64,000 nucleotides of DNA from an uncultured Oscillospiraceae bacterium (GCA_964504385.1 CAZDEF010000001.1:294-64293); one strand, 5' to 3'; counted from the stretch's first letter, positions 28,245-38,547 are shown. The notes: generated by a model from the letters alone, not told the origin. A program made the numbers and translations.

Positions 28245-28390
28245 GGTTGCTTCCTTACTGCCTTCTTCTTTTCCATTTATAAGGTTCTCCGTTATTGTAG
28301 CACGGTTCCGCGCTCTTCGCAAGCGATTGCCCATTATACTGGCTGACAGAAAAAACATAGTGCCACCGACACGAACTGCTGAAAAAATGC

Positions 28391-28419
28391 TTGCAAATGC
28401 ATATTGACTGTGCTATAAT
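28391..28419 (+). promoter_or_regulatory. Promoter of rpmE
   Basis: TTGCAA (28391-28396), a 17-nt spacer, then TATAAT (28414-28419). Confidence 0.6.
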
Positions 28420-28473
28420 CACCAATGCGGTTTTCTAATGAACCCACAGCATGCGCAAAAGAGGTGAGAGTGC

Positions 28474-28674
28474 GTGAAAGAAAAGATCCATCCCAAATAT
28501 GGCAAGTCCATCGTCCGTTGCGTATGCGGTGAGACGTTTGAGACGGGTTCCGTGAAGGGTGAACTGAAGGTTGAAATTTGCTCCAAGTGCCACCCCTTCT
28601 ACACCGGCAAGCAGAAGCTGGTCGATACCGGCGGACGCGTTGACCGCTTCAAGAAGCGTTTCAACATGGAATAA
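28474..28674 (+). CDS. rpmE: 50S ribosomal protein L31 (Cys-containing type A)
   Basis: [22 protein letters not shown]...[16 protein letters not shown] start. Confidence 0.93.
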   Translation: MKEKIHPKYGKSIVRCVCGETFETGSVKGELKVEICSKCHPFYTGKQKLVDTGGRVDRFKKRFNME

Positions 28675-28683
28675 GCCATTCAT

Positions 28684-28714
28684 AAAGAGCGCCACATGGC
28701 GCTCTTTTTGATTT
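28684..28714 (+). terminator. Intrinsic terminator of rpmE
   Basis: aaagagcgcc, loop acat, ggcgctcttt, followed by ttgattt. Confidence 0.7.
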
Positions 28715-28830
28715 GTCCGGAAAATTCTTTCAGCTCCCGCCTGCAGCAGGAACAAGCGGTGCCTGTGTCGAAATACGAAATTTGTATACCTGTGAACTTT
28801 TTTGCACAGGGGAAAGGAACGGAACCTGCT

Positions 28831-29874
28831 ATGAGCAACAAACCCGAAGTAACCCGCCGCCCTGATATCGGCGGTCAGGCCGTAATGGAAGGCGTCATGA
28901 TGAAGGCGCCGGACGCCATCGCCATCTCCGTGCGCCGTCCCAACGGCGACATCGTAACCAAGCGCACTCCCTACGTGCCGCTTTCCAAAAAGCACAAGTG
29001 GATGGGCTGGCCCATCGTGCGCGGCGTTGTCAATTTTGTCACCATGCTGTCCATGGGCATGAACGTGCTGCAGGAAAGCACCGACATGCTGGGCATTCTG
29101 GACGAAGAGCCCACCAAGTTTGAAAAGTGGCTGGCCAAAAAGCTGGGCAAGGGCATCGACAAGATCGTGATGGGCACCGCCATCGTGCTGGCGGTCATCC
29201 TGTCCATCGGCCTGTTCTTCGTCATTCCGGAGCTGGTGGCCCGCGGCCTCAAGATCCTCCTGCCCGATCCCGGCCAGAACTGGCTCATCAACCTTCTCAG
29301 CGGCATCGTGCGCATTCTGATTTTGATCGCCTACATCCTGTTCTGCAGCACCGTCCCGGATGTGCGCCGCACCTTCGAATACCACGGCGCAGAGCACAAG
29401 ACCGTCTACTGCAACGAGCATGACCTGCCCCTCACCCCCGAAAACGCCCAGCAATTCACCACGCTGCACCCGCGCTGCGGCACCAGCTTTCTGCTGATCG
29501 TATTCGTCATTTCCATCGTGCTGTTCACGCTGGTGGGCTATCAGGGCACCAATTACTTCCTGCGTCTGGGCAGCCGTCTGGCGCTGCTGCCCATTGTGGC
29601 CGGCATCAGCTACGAGGTGCTCAAGGGGCTGGCCCACAGTCAGGGCAAGCTGGTGGAGATCCTGCGCTGGCCCGGCATGCAGATGCAGCGGCTGACCACC
29701 AAACAGCCCACCAACGAAATGCTGGAAGTGGCCATCGTATCCATGAACGTGGCGCTCTACGGTCTGCCCGAGGGCTGCCCCAAGACCAAGGATGGCTACA
29801 CCATCATCCGCGATTACCGCATGGCAGACCCCTCCTATGTGCCTGCCGAAGAAGCGGCGGCTGAAAACGAATGA
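28831..29874 (+). CDS. DUF1385-family membrane protein (commonly linked to prmC/prfA)
   Basis: IGGQAVMEGVMMK and YHGAEHKTV motifs. Start at ATG 28831. The stop overlaps the prmC start. Confidence 0.8.
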   Translation: MSNKPEVTRRPDIGGQAVMEGVMMKAPDAIAISVRRPNGDIVTKRTPYVPLSKKHKWMGWPIVRGVVNFVTMLSMGMNVLQESTDMLGILDEEPTKFEKWLAKKLGKGIDKIVMGTAIVLAVILSIGLFFVIPELVARGLKILLPDPGQNWLINLLSGIVRILILIAYILFCSTVPDVRRTFEYHGAEHKTVYCNEHDLPLTPENAQQFTTLHPRCGTSFLLIVFVISIVLFTLVGYQGTNYFLRLGSRLALLPIVAGISYEVLKGLAHSQGKLVEILRWPGMQMQRLTTKQPTNEMLEVAIVSMNVALYGLPEGCPKTKDGYTIIRDYRMADPSYVPAEEAAAENE

Positions 29875-30719
29875 CCGTCCGGCAAGCCATCCTCGCTGGC
29901 GCGCAGCAGCTGGAACAGGCCGGCGTGCCCGATCCCCGCCTCGATGCGGAGCTGCTCCTGTGCCATGTGACCGGTCTGGACAGGATGGCGCTGCTGATGG
30001 CGGGCGCAACAGAACTGACACAAGAGCAGGAGCAGCGTTTTTCGTCGCTCCTGCTTTCGCGCACCACCCGCACGCCCGTGCAATACCTGCTGGGAACGCA
30101 GGCGTTTTACGGGCGCAGCTTTCAGGTGGATGAACGAGTGCTGATCCCCCGGCAGGAAACCGAGGAGCTGTGCGAATACGGCATCGCGCATCTGCGCACG
30201 CTCCCCCGCGCCTCCGCGCTGGATCTGTGCACGGGCAGCGGAGCCATTGCCGTCACGCTCAAATGCGAATGCCCGCATGCCTCTGTCACAGCCAGCGATC
30301 TGAGCGCAGACGCGCTGACGCTGGCCGTCGGCAATGCACGGCAGCATCACGCGGAGATCACCTTCCGGCAGGGCGACCTGTGGCAGCCGCTGGAAGGGAT
30401 GTGCTTTGACCTGATCCTGTCCAATCCGCCCTACATCCCCACACAGGATTGCGCCGTGCTGCAGCAGGAGGTGCTGCAGGAGCCACGCATGGCGCTGGAC
30501 GGCGGCGCGGATGGGCTGGATTTTTACCGTCGCATCGCATCGGGCGCATCCGCTCACCTGACCGTTGGCGGGCTCATCGCCGTGGAAGTGGGCGTGCATC
30601 AGGCGCGCACAGTGGTCGCGCTGTTCAGCGCCGCCGGGCTGTGTGACGCAGCTGTCCGCAAGGATCTGTACGGCATAGAGCGCATTGTGAGCGCAAGGAG
30701 GATGGAAGCACATGTTTGA
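29871..30719 (+). CDS. prmC: Release-factor glutamine N5-methyltransferase
   Basis: DLCTGSGAIA SAM motif and the NPPY motif (ILSNPPYIP). Confidence 0.9.
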   Translation: MTVRQAILAGAQQLEQAGVPDPRLDAELLLCHVTGLDRMALLMAGATELTQEQEQRFSSLLLSRTTRTPVQYLLGTQAFYGRSFQVDERVLIPRQETEELCEYGIAHLRTLPRASALDLCTGSGAIAVTLKCECPHASVTASDLSADALTLAVGNARQHHAEITFRQGDLWQPLEGMCFDLILSNPPYIPTQDCAVLQQEVLQEPRMALDGGADGLDFYRRIASGASAHLTVGGLIAVEVGVHQARTVVALFSAAGLCDAAVRKDLYGIERIVSARRMEAHV

Positions 30720-31791
30720 CAAATTCGACTGGATGGAAGGCCGCTATGAGGAACTCGCCATTGCGGTCAGCCAGCCGGAAATCATCGCGGATCAGACGAA
30801 GTGGCAAAAGCTGCTCAAGGAGCACGCTTCGCTGGAACCCGCCGTCACCGCCTACCGCGCCTACCGCAAAACGCTTGCCGAGATCGCCGACGCCAAAGAA
30901 ATGCTCGCCCAGCCGGATCTGGCCGAGCTGGCGCAGGCCGAGCTGGACGAGCTGACCGCCGACAAAGCGCGGCAGGAAGAAGCGCTGCGCATTCTGCTTT
31001 TGCCCAAGGATCCCGACGATGACCGCAGCGTGGTCATGGAGATCCGCGCAGGCGCGGGCGGCGAGGAAGCGGCGCTGTTTGCGGGCGAGATCGTGCGCAT
31101 GTACACGCGCTATGCCGAAAAACGCGGCTTTCGTGTAACCATGGTCAACCTGAGCGACACCGAGCTGGGCGGCGTGAAGGAAGCCGTGTTCACCATCAGC
31201 GGCACGGGCGCGTTCCACCGGCTCAAGTACGAAAGCGGCGTACACTGTGTGAAGCGCATCCCTGTGACCGAATCCAACGGCAAGCTGCAGACTTCCACCT
31301 GCACCGTGGCCGTTTTGCCTGAAGCGGAAGATGTGGAGCTCACTATCGACCCCGGCGAGCTGCGCATCGATACCTACCGCGCTGGCGGCGCGGGCGGGCA
31401 GCACGTCAACCGCACCGACAGCGCTGTGCGCATCACCCATCTGCCTACCGGCATCGTGGCCCAGTGTCAGAATGAGCGCAGCCAGATCCAGAACCGCGAG
31501 GTAGCCATGCGCATTCTCAAAAGCCGTCTTTACGACCGCCTGCGTTCCGAAAAGGACAGCGCCTATGCCCAGAACCGCCGCGTGCAGATCGGCACAGGCG
31601 ACCGCAGCGAGCGCGTGCGCACCTACCACTACATGCAGAACCGCGTGACCGATCACCGCATCGGGCTGACGCTGTATAACCGGATCGACGATATTCTGGG
31701 CGGGGCGATCGACGATTTTATCGACGCGCTGCTGATGGCCGAACAGGCAGCCAAGCTGCGCGAGGCGGGCGCGCCTTCCCTGCCCATGTGA
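30712..31791 (+). CDS. prfA: Peptide chain release factor 1
   Basis: PVT tripeptide (RIPVTESNGK) and GGQ motif (GAGGQHVNRTDSAVRITHLPTG). Confidence 0.95.
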   Translation: MFDKFDWMEGRYEELAIAVSQPEIIADQTKWQKLLKEHASLEPAVTAYRAYRKTLAEIADAKEMLAQPDLAELAQAELDELTADKARQEEALRILLLPKDPDDDRSVVMEIRAGAGGEEAALFAGEIVRMYTRYAEKRGFRVTMVNLSDTELGGVKEAVFTISGTGAFHRLKYESGVHCVKRIPVTESNGKLQTSTCTVAVLPEAEDVELTIDPGELRIDTYRAGGAGGQHVNRTDSAVRITHLPTGIVAQCQNERSQIQNREVAMRILKSRLYDRLRSEKDSAYAQNRRVQIGTGDRSERVRTYHYMQNRVTDHRIGLTLYNRIDDILGGAIDDFIDALLMAEQAAKLREAGAPSLPM

Positions 31792-31821
31792 TTGATTCTT
31801 TTCGAAGCAAGGTGTTTTTTG

Positions 31822-33306
31822 ATGGAAACTCAGATCCTTCTGCCGACAGATGAACACATTGAGCGCGCAGCGGCGATCATCCGTCAGGGCGGGCTGGTGG
31901 GTATGCCGACGGAGACCGTGTACGGTCTGGGGGCCGATGCGCTGAATGAAGAAGCCGTCCGCGGCATCTTTGCAGCCAAAGGACGGCCCGCGGACAATCC
32001 GCTGATCGTGCATGTCACCTGTATTGAGGAAGCCGAAAAGCTGTGTGAAATCAGCAGCGCTGCGCGCTGCGTGATGGAACGCTTCTGTCCCGGCCCGCTG
32101 ACGGTCATCATGCCGCGCAAGCCCTGCGTACCGGACGTGGTGACGGCCGGGCTGGACACCGTAGCCATCCGCATCCCCTCTCATCCCGTGGCGCGAAAGC
32201 TGATCGCTGCAAGCGGTTTGCCCATCGCCGCCCCCAGCGCCAACACCTCCGGCAAGCCCAGTCCCACCACAGCGCAGCATGTCTATCACGATCTAAACGG
32301 CAAGCTGCCCGTGATTCTGGACGGCGGCGAATGCGAAGTGGGTTTGGAAAGCACGGTCATCACGATGGCCGGCGATATGCCCACGGTGCTGCGTCCCGGC
32401 GGCATCACGCCCGAAATGCTGCTGGAGGTGCTGCCGGAAGTGCGTGTGGCCGACAGTGTGCTGCGCCCTCTCAAACAGGGCGAGAAGGCTCTGTCGCCCG
32501 GCATGATGTACAAGCACTACGCCCCCGGCGGCATGCTGACCATGGTGAAGGGCGCGCAGTTCAATGTGGAGCGCTGCTGTCTGCGGCTGTACCGCGAAGC
32601 GAAGGCTGCAGGGAAGCGCGTACGCATTCTGGCCTTCGAGGAACACCTGCCCGTCTACGGCGAAGCGGAAGCACTGTCCATCGGCCGATTGAGCGAGCCG
32701 GAAACGGTCAGCCATCGTTTGTTCGCGGTGCTGCGCCAAATGGATGATGAAGGCGTGGATGTGCTGTACAGCGAGATCCTGCCGGCCGAGGGGATCGGAT
32801 TGGCCATCATGAACCGGCTGAGCCGCGCCGCTGCCTTCCGCACCATCGATGCGGACGAAGAAGCTTTGCAGTCGGATCCTGCCCTGCTGAAAAGCGACGA
32901 GATCCAGCTGACGCTGCAAAAGGTGGTGGACGGAGATCCCGAAGCGAACTGGCTGCCCGCCCGTCATTTTCTCATTTGCGCGTTGGACGGCACGGCCGTG
33001 GGGCAGTGCGATCTGCGCATCGGTCACAACGAGCGCGTTTACTATGGCGGCAATATCGGCTACGGCATCTTCGAGGCCTACCGCGGCCATCACTACGCCG
33101 CCAAAGCCTGCCGTATGCTGTTTGCACTGGCGAAGCAGTACGGAATGGACGACGTGCTCGTCTCCTGCGCGCCGGAGAACACAGCCTCCCGCCGCACGCT
33201 GGAGGCGCTGGGCGGAACGCTGCTGGAGATCGCCGAGCTGCCGCCGAACAGCGACATGCGCAAGGACGGCATGACGCATGTATGCATCTTCCGCTTTGCA
33301 CTGTAA
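31822..33306 (+). CDS. L-threonylcarbamoyladenylate synthase (Sua5/TsaC/YwlC) fused to a C-terminal GNAT domain
   Basis: N-terminal GGLVGMPTETVYGLGADA...AKGRPADNPLIVHV (YrdC domain) and a Sua5 middle domain. A C-terminal ~150 aa carries the GNAT-like motif YYGGNIGYGIFEAYRGHHYAAKA. Confidence 0.85.
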   Translation: METQILLPTDEHIERAAAIIRQGGLVGMPTETVYGLGADALNEEAVRGIFAAKGRPADNPLIVHVTCIEEAEKLCEISSAARCVMERFCPGPLTVIMPRKPCVPDVVTAGLDTVAIRIPSHPVARKLIAASGLPIAAPSANTSGKPSPTTAQHVYHDLNGKLPVILDGGECEVGLESTVITMAGDMPTVLRPGGITPEMLLEVLPEVRVADSVLRPLKQGEKALSPGMMYKHYAPGGMLTMVKGAQFNVERCCLRLYREAKAAGKRVRILAFEEHLPVYGEAEALSIGRLSEPETVSHRLFAVLRQMDDEGVDVLYSEILPAEGIGLAIMNRLSRAAAFRTIDADEEALQSDPALLKSDEIQLTLQKVVDGDPEANWLPARHFLICALDGTAVGQCDLRIGHNERVYYGGNIGYGIFEAYRGHHYAAKACRMLFALAKQYGMDDVLVSCAPENTASRRTLEALGGTLLEIAELPPNSDMRKDGMTHVCIFRFAL

Positions 33307-33328
33307 CGATGCCTCAGGAGGGCTGACC

Positions 33329-33742
33329 ATGAAACGAATTCTGTTTGTCTGCACCGGCAACACCTGCCGCAGCCCCATGGCGGAATGCCTGTTCCGCGCC
33401 ATGGCGGATGAACGCTGGCAGGTAAGCTCTGCCGGGATCTGTGCGCTCAGCGGCGCACCGGCCTCCGATGGAGCGCAGCGTGCCATGCAGCGGCGCGGGC
33501 TTTCGCTGGCCTCGCACCGTTCTCAGACGGTCACGCCGGCGCTGCTTTCCCATGCAGATCTGATCGTCGGCATGAGCCACGCGCACATCCAGCAGCTGCG
33601 CATGCTCTACCCCAACTGTTCAACGCCCATGCTTGCTCTGGGCAACCCTCCCGTATCGGATCCCTACGGCGGAGATGACGCCGCCTACGAACGCGCCGCC
33701 CAAGCGATCGAACGCCAGCTGCCGCAGTTGCTTGATTGGTAA
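33329..33742 (+). CDS. Low-molecular-weight protein arginine/tyrosine phosphatase (YwlE-like)
   Basis: P-loop VCTGNTCRSPMAE and DPYGG motif. Confidence 0.88.
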   Translation: MKRILFVCTGNTCRSPMAECLFRAMADERWQVSSAGICALSGAPASDGAQRAMQRRGLSLASHRSQTVTPALLSHADLIVGMSHAHIQQLRMLYPNCSTPMLALGNPPVSDPYGGDDAAYERAAQAIERQLPQLLDW

Positions 33743-33771
33743 AGAGAAAGAAAGGAAAGTGACGGAAAACG

Positions 33772-34281
33772 ATGCTGCGCCTTGCCTTTCCCACCCCTGC
33801 TGACGAAGCCGCCGTGATGGCTTACCGTGAAGAATTCCTGCAAAACGGCGACAGCATGGATGGTACCGCCCAGCTGGGCAGCTATGAATGCTACGAAGAC
33901 TGGCTGCGCTGTGTGGCGGACAATCAAAACGAATCCACCGTGCTGCCGGGATGGGTGCCCGCTTTCACACTGTTGGCGTGGGACGGCAAGCTGCTGGTGG
34001 GGATGATCAACATCCGTCACCGGCTGAATGACTACCTACTGGCTTTTGGCGGGCACATCGGTTACAGCGTGCGCAAGAGCTGCCGCCGCCGCGGATACGC
34101 TGCGCAGATGCTCGCGCTTGGGCTGGAGGAATGCCGGAAGCTTGGCCTGAGCCGCGTGCTGGTGACCTGCGATCAGCACAACATCGCTTCCGCACGCACC
34201 ATTCAAAAGAACGGCGGCATACTGGAAAACGAAGTATCCGAAGGCACAGGGATCACCCAGCGCTACTGGATCACCCTGTGA
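33772..34281 (+). CDS. GNAT-family N-acetyltransferase
   Basis: 169 aa. AFGGHIGYSVRKSCRRRGYAAQML is paralogous to the GNAT module fused to Sua5. Confidence 0.8.
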   Translation: MLRLAFPTPADEAAVMAYREEFLQNGDSMDGTAQLGSYECYEDWLRCVADNQNESTVLPGWVPAFTLLAWDGKLLVGMINIRHRLNDYLLAFGGHIGYSVRKSCRRRGYAAQMLALGLEECRKLGLSRVLVTCDQHNIASARTIQKNGGILENEVSEGTGITQRYWITL

Positions 34282-34298
34282 GCTTCCATGGAACACAA

Positions 34299-34332
34299 AA
34301 GGCCTGCTGCAAGTTGCGTTGCAGCAGGCCTT
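34299..34332. terminator. Bidirectional terminator between the GNAT gene and pepF
   Basis: ggcctgctgcaa (34301-34312) pairs with ttgcagcaggcc (34319-34330), flanked by aa and tt. Confidence 0.7.
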
Positions 34333-34338
34333 CTTGGT

Positions 34339-36141
34339 TTATTCACTGAGCAGTTCGCTGAACTCGGCCAGCAGCTCCGCAAAGGTATCCAGCGCGGAAA
34401 TCACCGGATCCGGCGTGGACATGTCCACGCCCGCCACCTTCAGCTCCTCAATGGGCGACATGCTGCCGCCCAGCGTCAGGAACCTGCGGTAGGCCGCCAC
34501 TGCCTCTTCGCCCCCGTGCAGGATGCGATTGGCCAGCGCGACCGCCGCGCAGAAGCCGGTGGCATACTTGTAGACGTAGAACGAATTGTAGAAATGCGGA
34601 ATGCGCATCCATTCGTTTTCGATCAGCTTGTCCACCCGGCAGCCTCCGCCGTAATACTGCTTGTTCAGCGCATAGTACATATTGCTGAGCGACTCGCGGG
34701 TGAGCGGCTCGCCCGCTTCCTCCATGGCGTGCGCCTTCATTTCGAACTCTGCGAACATGGCCTGGCGGAACACCGTTGTGCGGAAGCCCTCCAGCAGCTG
34801 ACCGATCAGCGCCATCTGCGCCGCCTTGTTGCCGGCGTACTTCTTGCGCAGGGCATGAATGGTGAGCACCTCGTTGCAGGTGGAGGCTACCTCCGCCACA
34901 AAGATGGTGTAATCGCTCTTGGCGTAGGGCTGCGCTGCGTTGGAATAATAGCTGTGCATGGCGTGGCCCATTTCATGCGCCAACGTGAGCAGACCGTCCA
35001 GCTCAGGGCGGAAGTTGAGCAGCACATAGGGATGCACGCCGTATCCGCCGCCGCTGGAATACGCGCCGGTGGTCTTGTTGGGCGTTTCGTATACGTCGAT
35101 CCAGCGGCTGTCCTTGGCCTTGCGCACCACTTCCACATAATCCTCGCCCAGCGGTGCAACGCCTTCCAGCAGCAGATCGTAGGCTTCTTCGAAGCTCAGC
35201 TTCGCGTCAAAGCCCCGCTGCATGGGCGCATACAGATCGTACATGTGCACGGTGGGGATGCCGAACGCCTGCTTGCGCATCCCGCAATAGGCATGCAGCG
35301 TGGGCAGCGCATCGTGGATGGCGGCCAGCAGGTTATCATACACGCTTTCCGGAATGTCGTCCGGATACAGCGCCGCCTGCCGCGCAGAGGCATAGCCGTG
35401 CGTGCGGGCATTGAACACATCCGCCTTCACATTGCCCGCATAGGACGCTGCAAAGGTGGAGCCGTAAGCGGCGTACGCCTTCATCATACGCTCAAAGGCC
35501 GCCTTGCGCACATTGCGGTTCAGGCTTTCCATCATGGAACCGTAGCGCGCATGGGTCAGCTCCATCAGCTTGCCGTCCTCGCCCTTGACCTTGCCCAGCT
35601 TCATGTCCACATCGGTCAGCATGTCGTAGATGTTGCCGGGGCTTTGCAGCGCCTCCTGCGCGCCGGCCAGCAGGGTTTCCATCTCGGTGGACAGCGTATA
35701 GGGACGCATGCGTTCCAGATCCCGGAGCATGGTATCGAAATCGGCAAAATCCGGGTCAGCCATATACTGCTGCAGCACATCGGAATCCAGCGTGAGCAGC
35801 TCGGGGCTGAGGAACGCCGCAGCGGCCATCAGCTGCGCATACAGGCTGGAGGCGCGCGACAGCACGCCCTGATAGAACGCATCGGAATTATCGGAATTCA
35901 GGCTGATGCTGGCATAGGTATACAGGCGTGAAAAATGCTCACCGGTCTCCGCATACAGGCGCAGGGCCTTCAGCACTGCGGCACGGCCTTCATGCAGCGT
36001 TCCGGCACACGCGGAAAGCTGCGCCATGCGCTCCTTCACCCACTCAAAATCAGCTTCCCACGCTTCCTGCGTGGCGTACAGATGGGTGGGATCCCACTTG
36101 TACTGTTCGGGCACTTCCTTGCGCAGAAGCATTTCAGACAT
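34339..36141 (-). CDS. pepF: Oligoendopeptidase F (M3B)
   Basis: 600 aa. HEMGH zinc motif (TLAHEMGHAMHSYY). Start ATG 36141 follows AAAGGAGGA. Confidence 0.92.
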   Translation of the reverse strand: MSEMLLRKEVPEQYKWDPTHLYATQEAWEADFEWVKERMAQLSACAGTLHEGRAAVLKALRLYAETGEHFSRLYTYASISLNSDNSDAFYQGVLSRASSLYAQLMAAAAFLSPELLTLDSDVLQQYMADPDFADFDTMLRDLERMRPYTLSTEMETLLAGAQEALQSPGNIYDMLTDVDMKLGKVKGEDGKLMELTHARYGSMMESLNRNVRKAAFERMMKAYAAYGSTFAASYAGNVKADVFNARTHGYASARQAALYPDDIPESVYDNLLAAIHDALPTLHAYCGMRKQAFGIPTVHMYDLYAPMQRGFDAKLSFEEAYDLLLEGVAPLGEDYVEVVRKAKDSRWIDVYETPNKTTGAYSSGGGYGVHPYVLLNFRPELDGLLTLAHEMGHAMHSYYSNAAQPYAKSDYTIFVAEVASTCNEVLTIHALRKKYAGNKAAQMALIGQLLEGFRTTVFRQAMFAEFEMKAHAMEEAGEPLTRESLSNMYYALNKQYYGGGCRVDKLIENEWMRIPHFYNSFYVYKYATGFCAAVALANRILHGGEEAVAAYRRFLTLGGSMSPIEELKVAGVDMSTPDPVISALDTFAELLAEFSELLSE

Positions 36142-36283
36142 GACGGTAATCCTCCTTTTGAATTGAAAACCACTGCCGCTATTGTAGCGCAAAAGCGTCA
36201 AAAGAACAAGCAAACGCGTTGACTTCGTTCGCCGAAGCAAGTATACTCGTTTTCGCATATTGAATACAAAAGGAGATACCACC

Positions 36284-37204
36284 ATGGAAATGGCATGGAA
36301 CATTCTGAAGCAAACGCTTGTGATGGGATTGTATATGGCCGGCGGTTTCGCGCTGTACAAGGGAGGCAAGATCACGCAGGAGGGCAGCCGCACCATTGCC
36401 AATCTGCTGCTGTGGCTGGTCATCCCCATGGTGCTGGTGCGCTCGTTCTGTGTGGAGTTCACAGCTGAAAAGCTGTCGATGCTGGCGCAGAGCTTTCTGC
36501 TGAGCGCCTTGGCACTGGTGCTGTCCGTGGGCGCGGCCACGCTGATCTACCGCAAGCATCCGGTGGATTGTTTCGCCGTGGCGTTTTCCAACTGCGGCTT
36601 CATCGGCATTCCCTTGGTCACGGCTGCGCTGGGCGAAGGCGCGGTGTTTTTCCTGTGCGGCATGCTGGTGTGTTCCAACGTGCTGCAGTGGACGTGGGGC
36701 ACCGCCGTGGTCGGCCGTCGGAAGATGGATCTTGCGCCCAAGGCGCTGCTGCTTTCGCCCTTCGTGCTTGCCACACTGGTGGGCATTTTTCTGTTTGTCA
36801 CCGGGCTGGGGGCCAGGCTGCCCTCCGTCGTGCAGGACGCCATGGCCGGTATTGCCGGGCTCAACGGCCCCATCGCCATGATCGTGCTGGGCGTGTATCT
36901 GGCCCAGACCCAGCTGCGCACACTGTTCACCACGCCGCGGCTGTATGTGCTGAGCGTGGTGCGCATGTGGCTGGTGCCGCTGGCCACGCTGCTGCTGTTC
37001 TGGCTGCTGCCTTTTGACCGCACCATCAGCATGGCCGTGCTCATTTCCGCCGCCGCGCCCGTTGGCGCCAACACCGCTGTTTATGCCCAGATGTATGACG
37101 GCGACTATCCCTATGCCTGTCAGTCCGTGGCGCTCAGCACGGTCCTGTCCATCACGATGATGCCGCTGTTCATGATGCTGGCCTCATCGCTGCTGGGCGT
37201 TTAA
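36284..37204 (+). CDS. AEC (auxin efflux carrier) family transporter
   Basis: 306 aa, 10 hydrophobic segments. Start ATG 36284 follows AAAGGAGA. Confidence 0.8.
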   Translation: MEMAWNILKQTLVMGLYMAGGFALYKGGKITQEGSRTIANLLLWLVIPMVLVRSFCVEFTAEKLSMLAQSFLLSALALVLSVGAATLIYRKHPVDCFAVAFSNCGFIGIPLVTAALGEGAVFFLCGMLVCSNVLQWTWGTAVVGRRKMDLAPKALLLSPFVLATLVGIFLFVTGLGARLPSVVQDAMAGIAGLNGPIAMIVLGVYLAQTQLRTLFTTPRLYVLSVVRMWLVPLATLLLFWLLPFDRTISMAVLISAAAPVGANTAVYAQMYDGDYPYACQSVALSTVLSITMMPLFMMLASSLLGV

Positions 37205-38547
37205 GCCTTTCTGTCCAGCGTCCTGTCCTGCCAGTGTGCGGAGCAGTAGAAAAGCACGGAAAGCACCGTTGCCACGCTCCAGCCGATCGGCCATGAGACC
37301 CATATGCCCGTGGACTGCAGCGCCGTGCGGGCCAGCACGATCACCAGCACCACGCGCAGCAGCAGGTCGGTAAACGTTGCCGCCATAAACTGCTTCATCA
37401 TGCCCGCGCCCCGCAGCACGCCGTCCGCCACCAGCTTTGTGGCCACAACGAAATAGAAGGGCGCAACGATCTTCAGGAAGATGATGCCCACATCCATGGC
37501 TTCGCCCGCGGGGCTTTCCAGAAAGATGTACACCAGCCATCTTCCGGCGAACTCATACAGCAGCGCAATGGGAACGCACAGCGCAAACACCAGCTTCAGC
37601 CCGGCGCGGAATCCGGCTCTGATGCGGTCGTACTTGCCAGCGCCCAGATTCTGCGCCGTGAAATTGGAGATGCCGTTTCCCAGCGTCGTCAGCGATGTGA
37701 TCACCATGTTGTTGAGCTTGATCGCGGCGGAGTAACCCGCCATCACCGCCGGGCCGAAGCCGTTGATGACGCTCTGAATGACGATATTGCCAATGGAAAT
37801 GAAGCTCTGCTGCAGGATGCTGGGCACAGCCACCACTGCAAAACGGCCAAGGTATTGCAGCGAAAACAGCGGCGTTCTGCCTTCAGTCCTGATCTTTTGG
37901 AAGCGGCGGAACACAAACGCCAGCGCAAGCACGCAGCTGACGCCCTGACACAGGAAGGTGGCCCACGCCACGCCCGCAACGCCCATGCGGAAAGCCGTCA
38001 CGAACAGAATATCCACGCCGATGTTTGTCAGCGACGAGCACGCCAAGAATACGAACGGCGTTTTGGAATCGCCCAGCGCTGAAAAGATGCCGGTCGTCAC
38101 GTTGTAAAGAAAGACGAAGGGCAGGCCGATAATGTAGATATCCAGATAGAGTTTGGAATCTGCAAAGACCTCCGCCGGGGTCTTGATCAGCCGGAGCAGC
38201 TCATCGCAAAAGCCGATGCCCACCGTCATCAGCGTCAGGCACAGCACGCTGCTGGCGATCAGCGCGGTGTATACCGCCGTCTTCAGGTCGCGGTACTGCT
38301 TGGCCCCGAACAGCTGCGCAGCCAGCACCGAGCAGCCGATATTGCACCCAAACGCAAAAGCGATGAAGATCAGCGTGATCTCATAGCTGTTGCCCACTGC
38401 GGCCAGCGCATTATCGCTGATGAATTTGCCCGCCACAAAGCTATCGGCAATATTATACAGCTGCTGAAAAATGATGCTCCCGAACAGAGGCAGGCAGAAC
38501 TGCCACAGCACGGTCCCCGGTTTTCCCACCGTCAGGTCTTTGTTCAT
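37201..38547 (-). CDS. MATE-family efflux transporter
   Basis: MNKDLTVGKPGTVLWQFCLPLFGSIIFQQLYNIADSFVAGKF. SD AAGGAGAAGGA. The remainder of the 859-aa track ORF is antisense to the LysR gene. Confidence 0.88.
   Translation of the reverse strand: MNKDLTVGKPGTVLWQFCLPLFGSIIFQQLYNIADSFVAGKFISDNALAAVGNSYEITLIFIAFAFGCNIGCSVLAAQLFGAKQYRDLKTAVYTALIASSVLCLTLMTVGIGFCDELLRLIKTPAEVFADSKLYLDIYIIGLPFVFLYNVTTGIFSALGDSKTPFVFLACSSLTNIGVDILFVTAFRMGVAGVAWATFLCQGVSCVLALAFVFRRFQKIRTEGRTPLFSLQYLGRFAVVAVPSILQQSFISIGNIVIQSVINGFGPAVMAGYSAAIKLNNMVITSLTTLGNGISNFTAQNLGAGKYDRIRAGFRAGLKLVFALCVPIALLYEFAGRWLVYIFLESPAGEAMDVGIIFLKIVAPFYFVVATKLVADGVLRGAGMMKQFMAATFTDLLLRVVLVIVLARTALQSTGIWVSWPIGWSVATVLSVLFYCSAHWQDRTLDRKA

Noticed and set aside
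28245-28390. Looked for a purine riboswitch upstream of the purC homolog.
   Set aside because: I could not find the conserved purine-aptamer core (a three-way junction with the characteristic loop sequences) in the minus-strand leader. Only a covariance-model scan could settle this.
24463-32289. Long ORFs 24463-26514(+), 26685-28346(+), 28435-30021(-) and 30625-32289(-).
   Set aside because: Each lies opposite a confidently identified gene (MATE/GNAT, capE/purC, rpmE/DUF1385, prmC/prfA) and lacks any domain signature.
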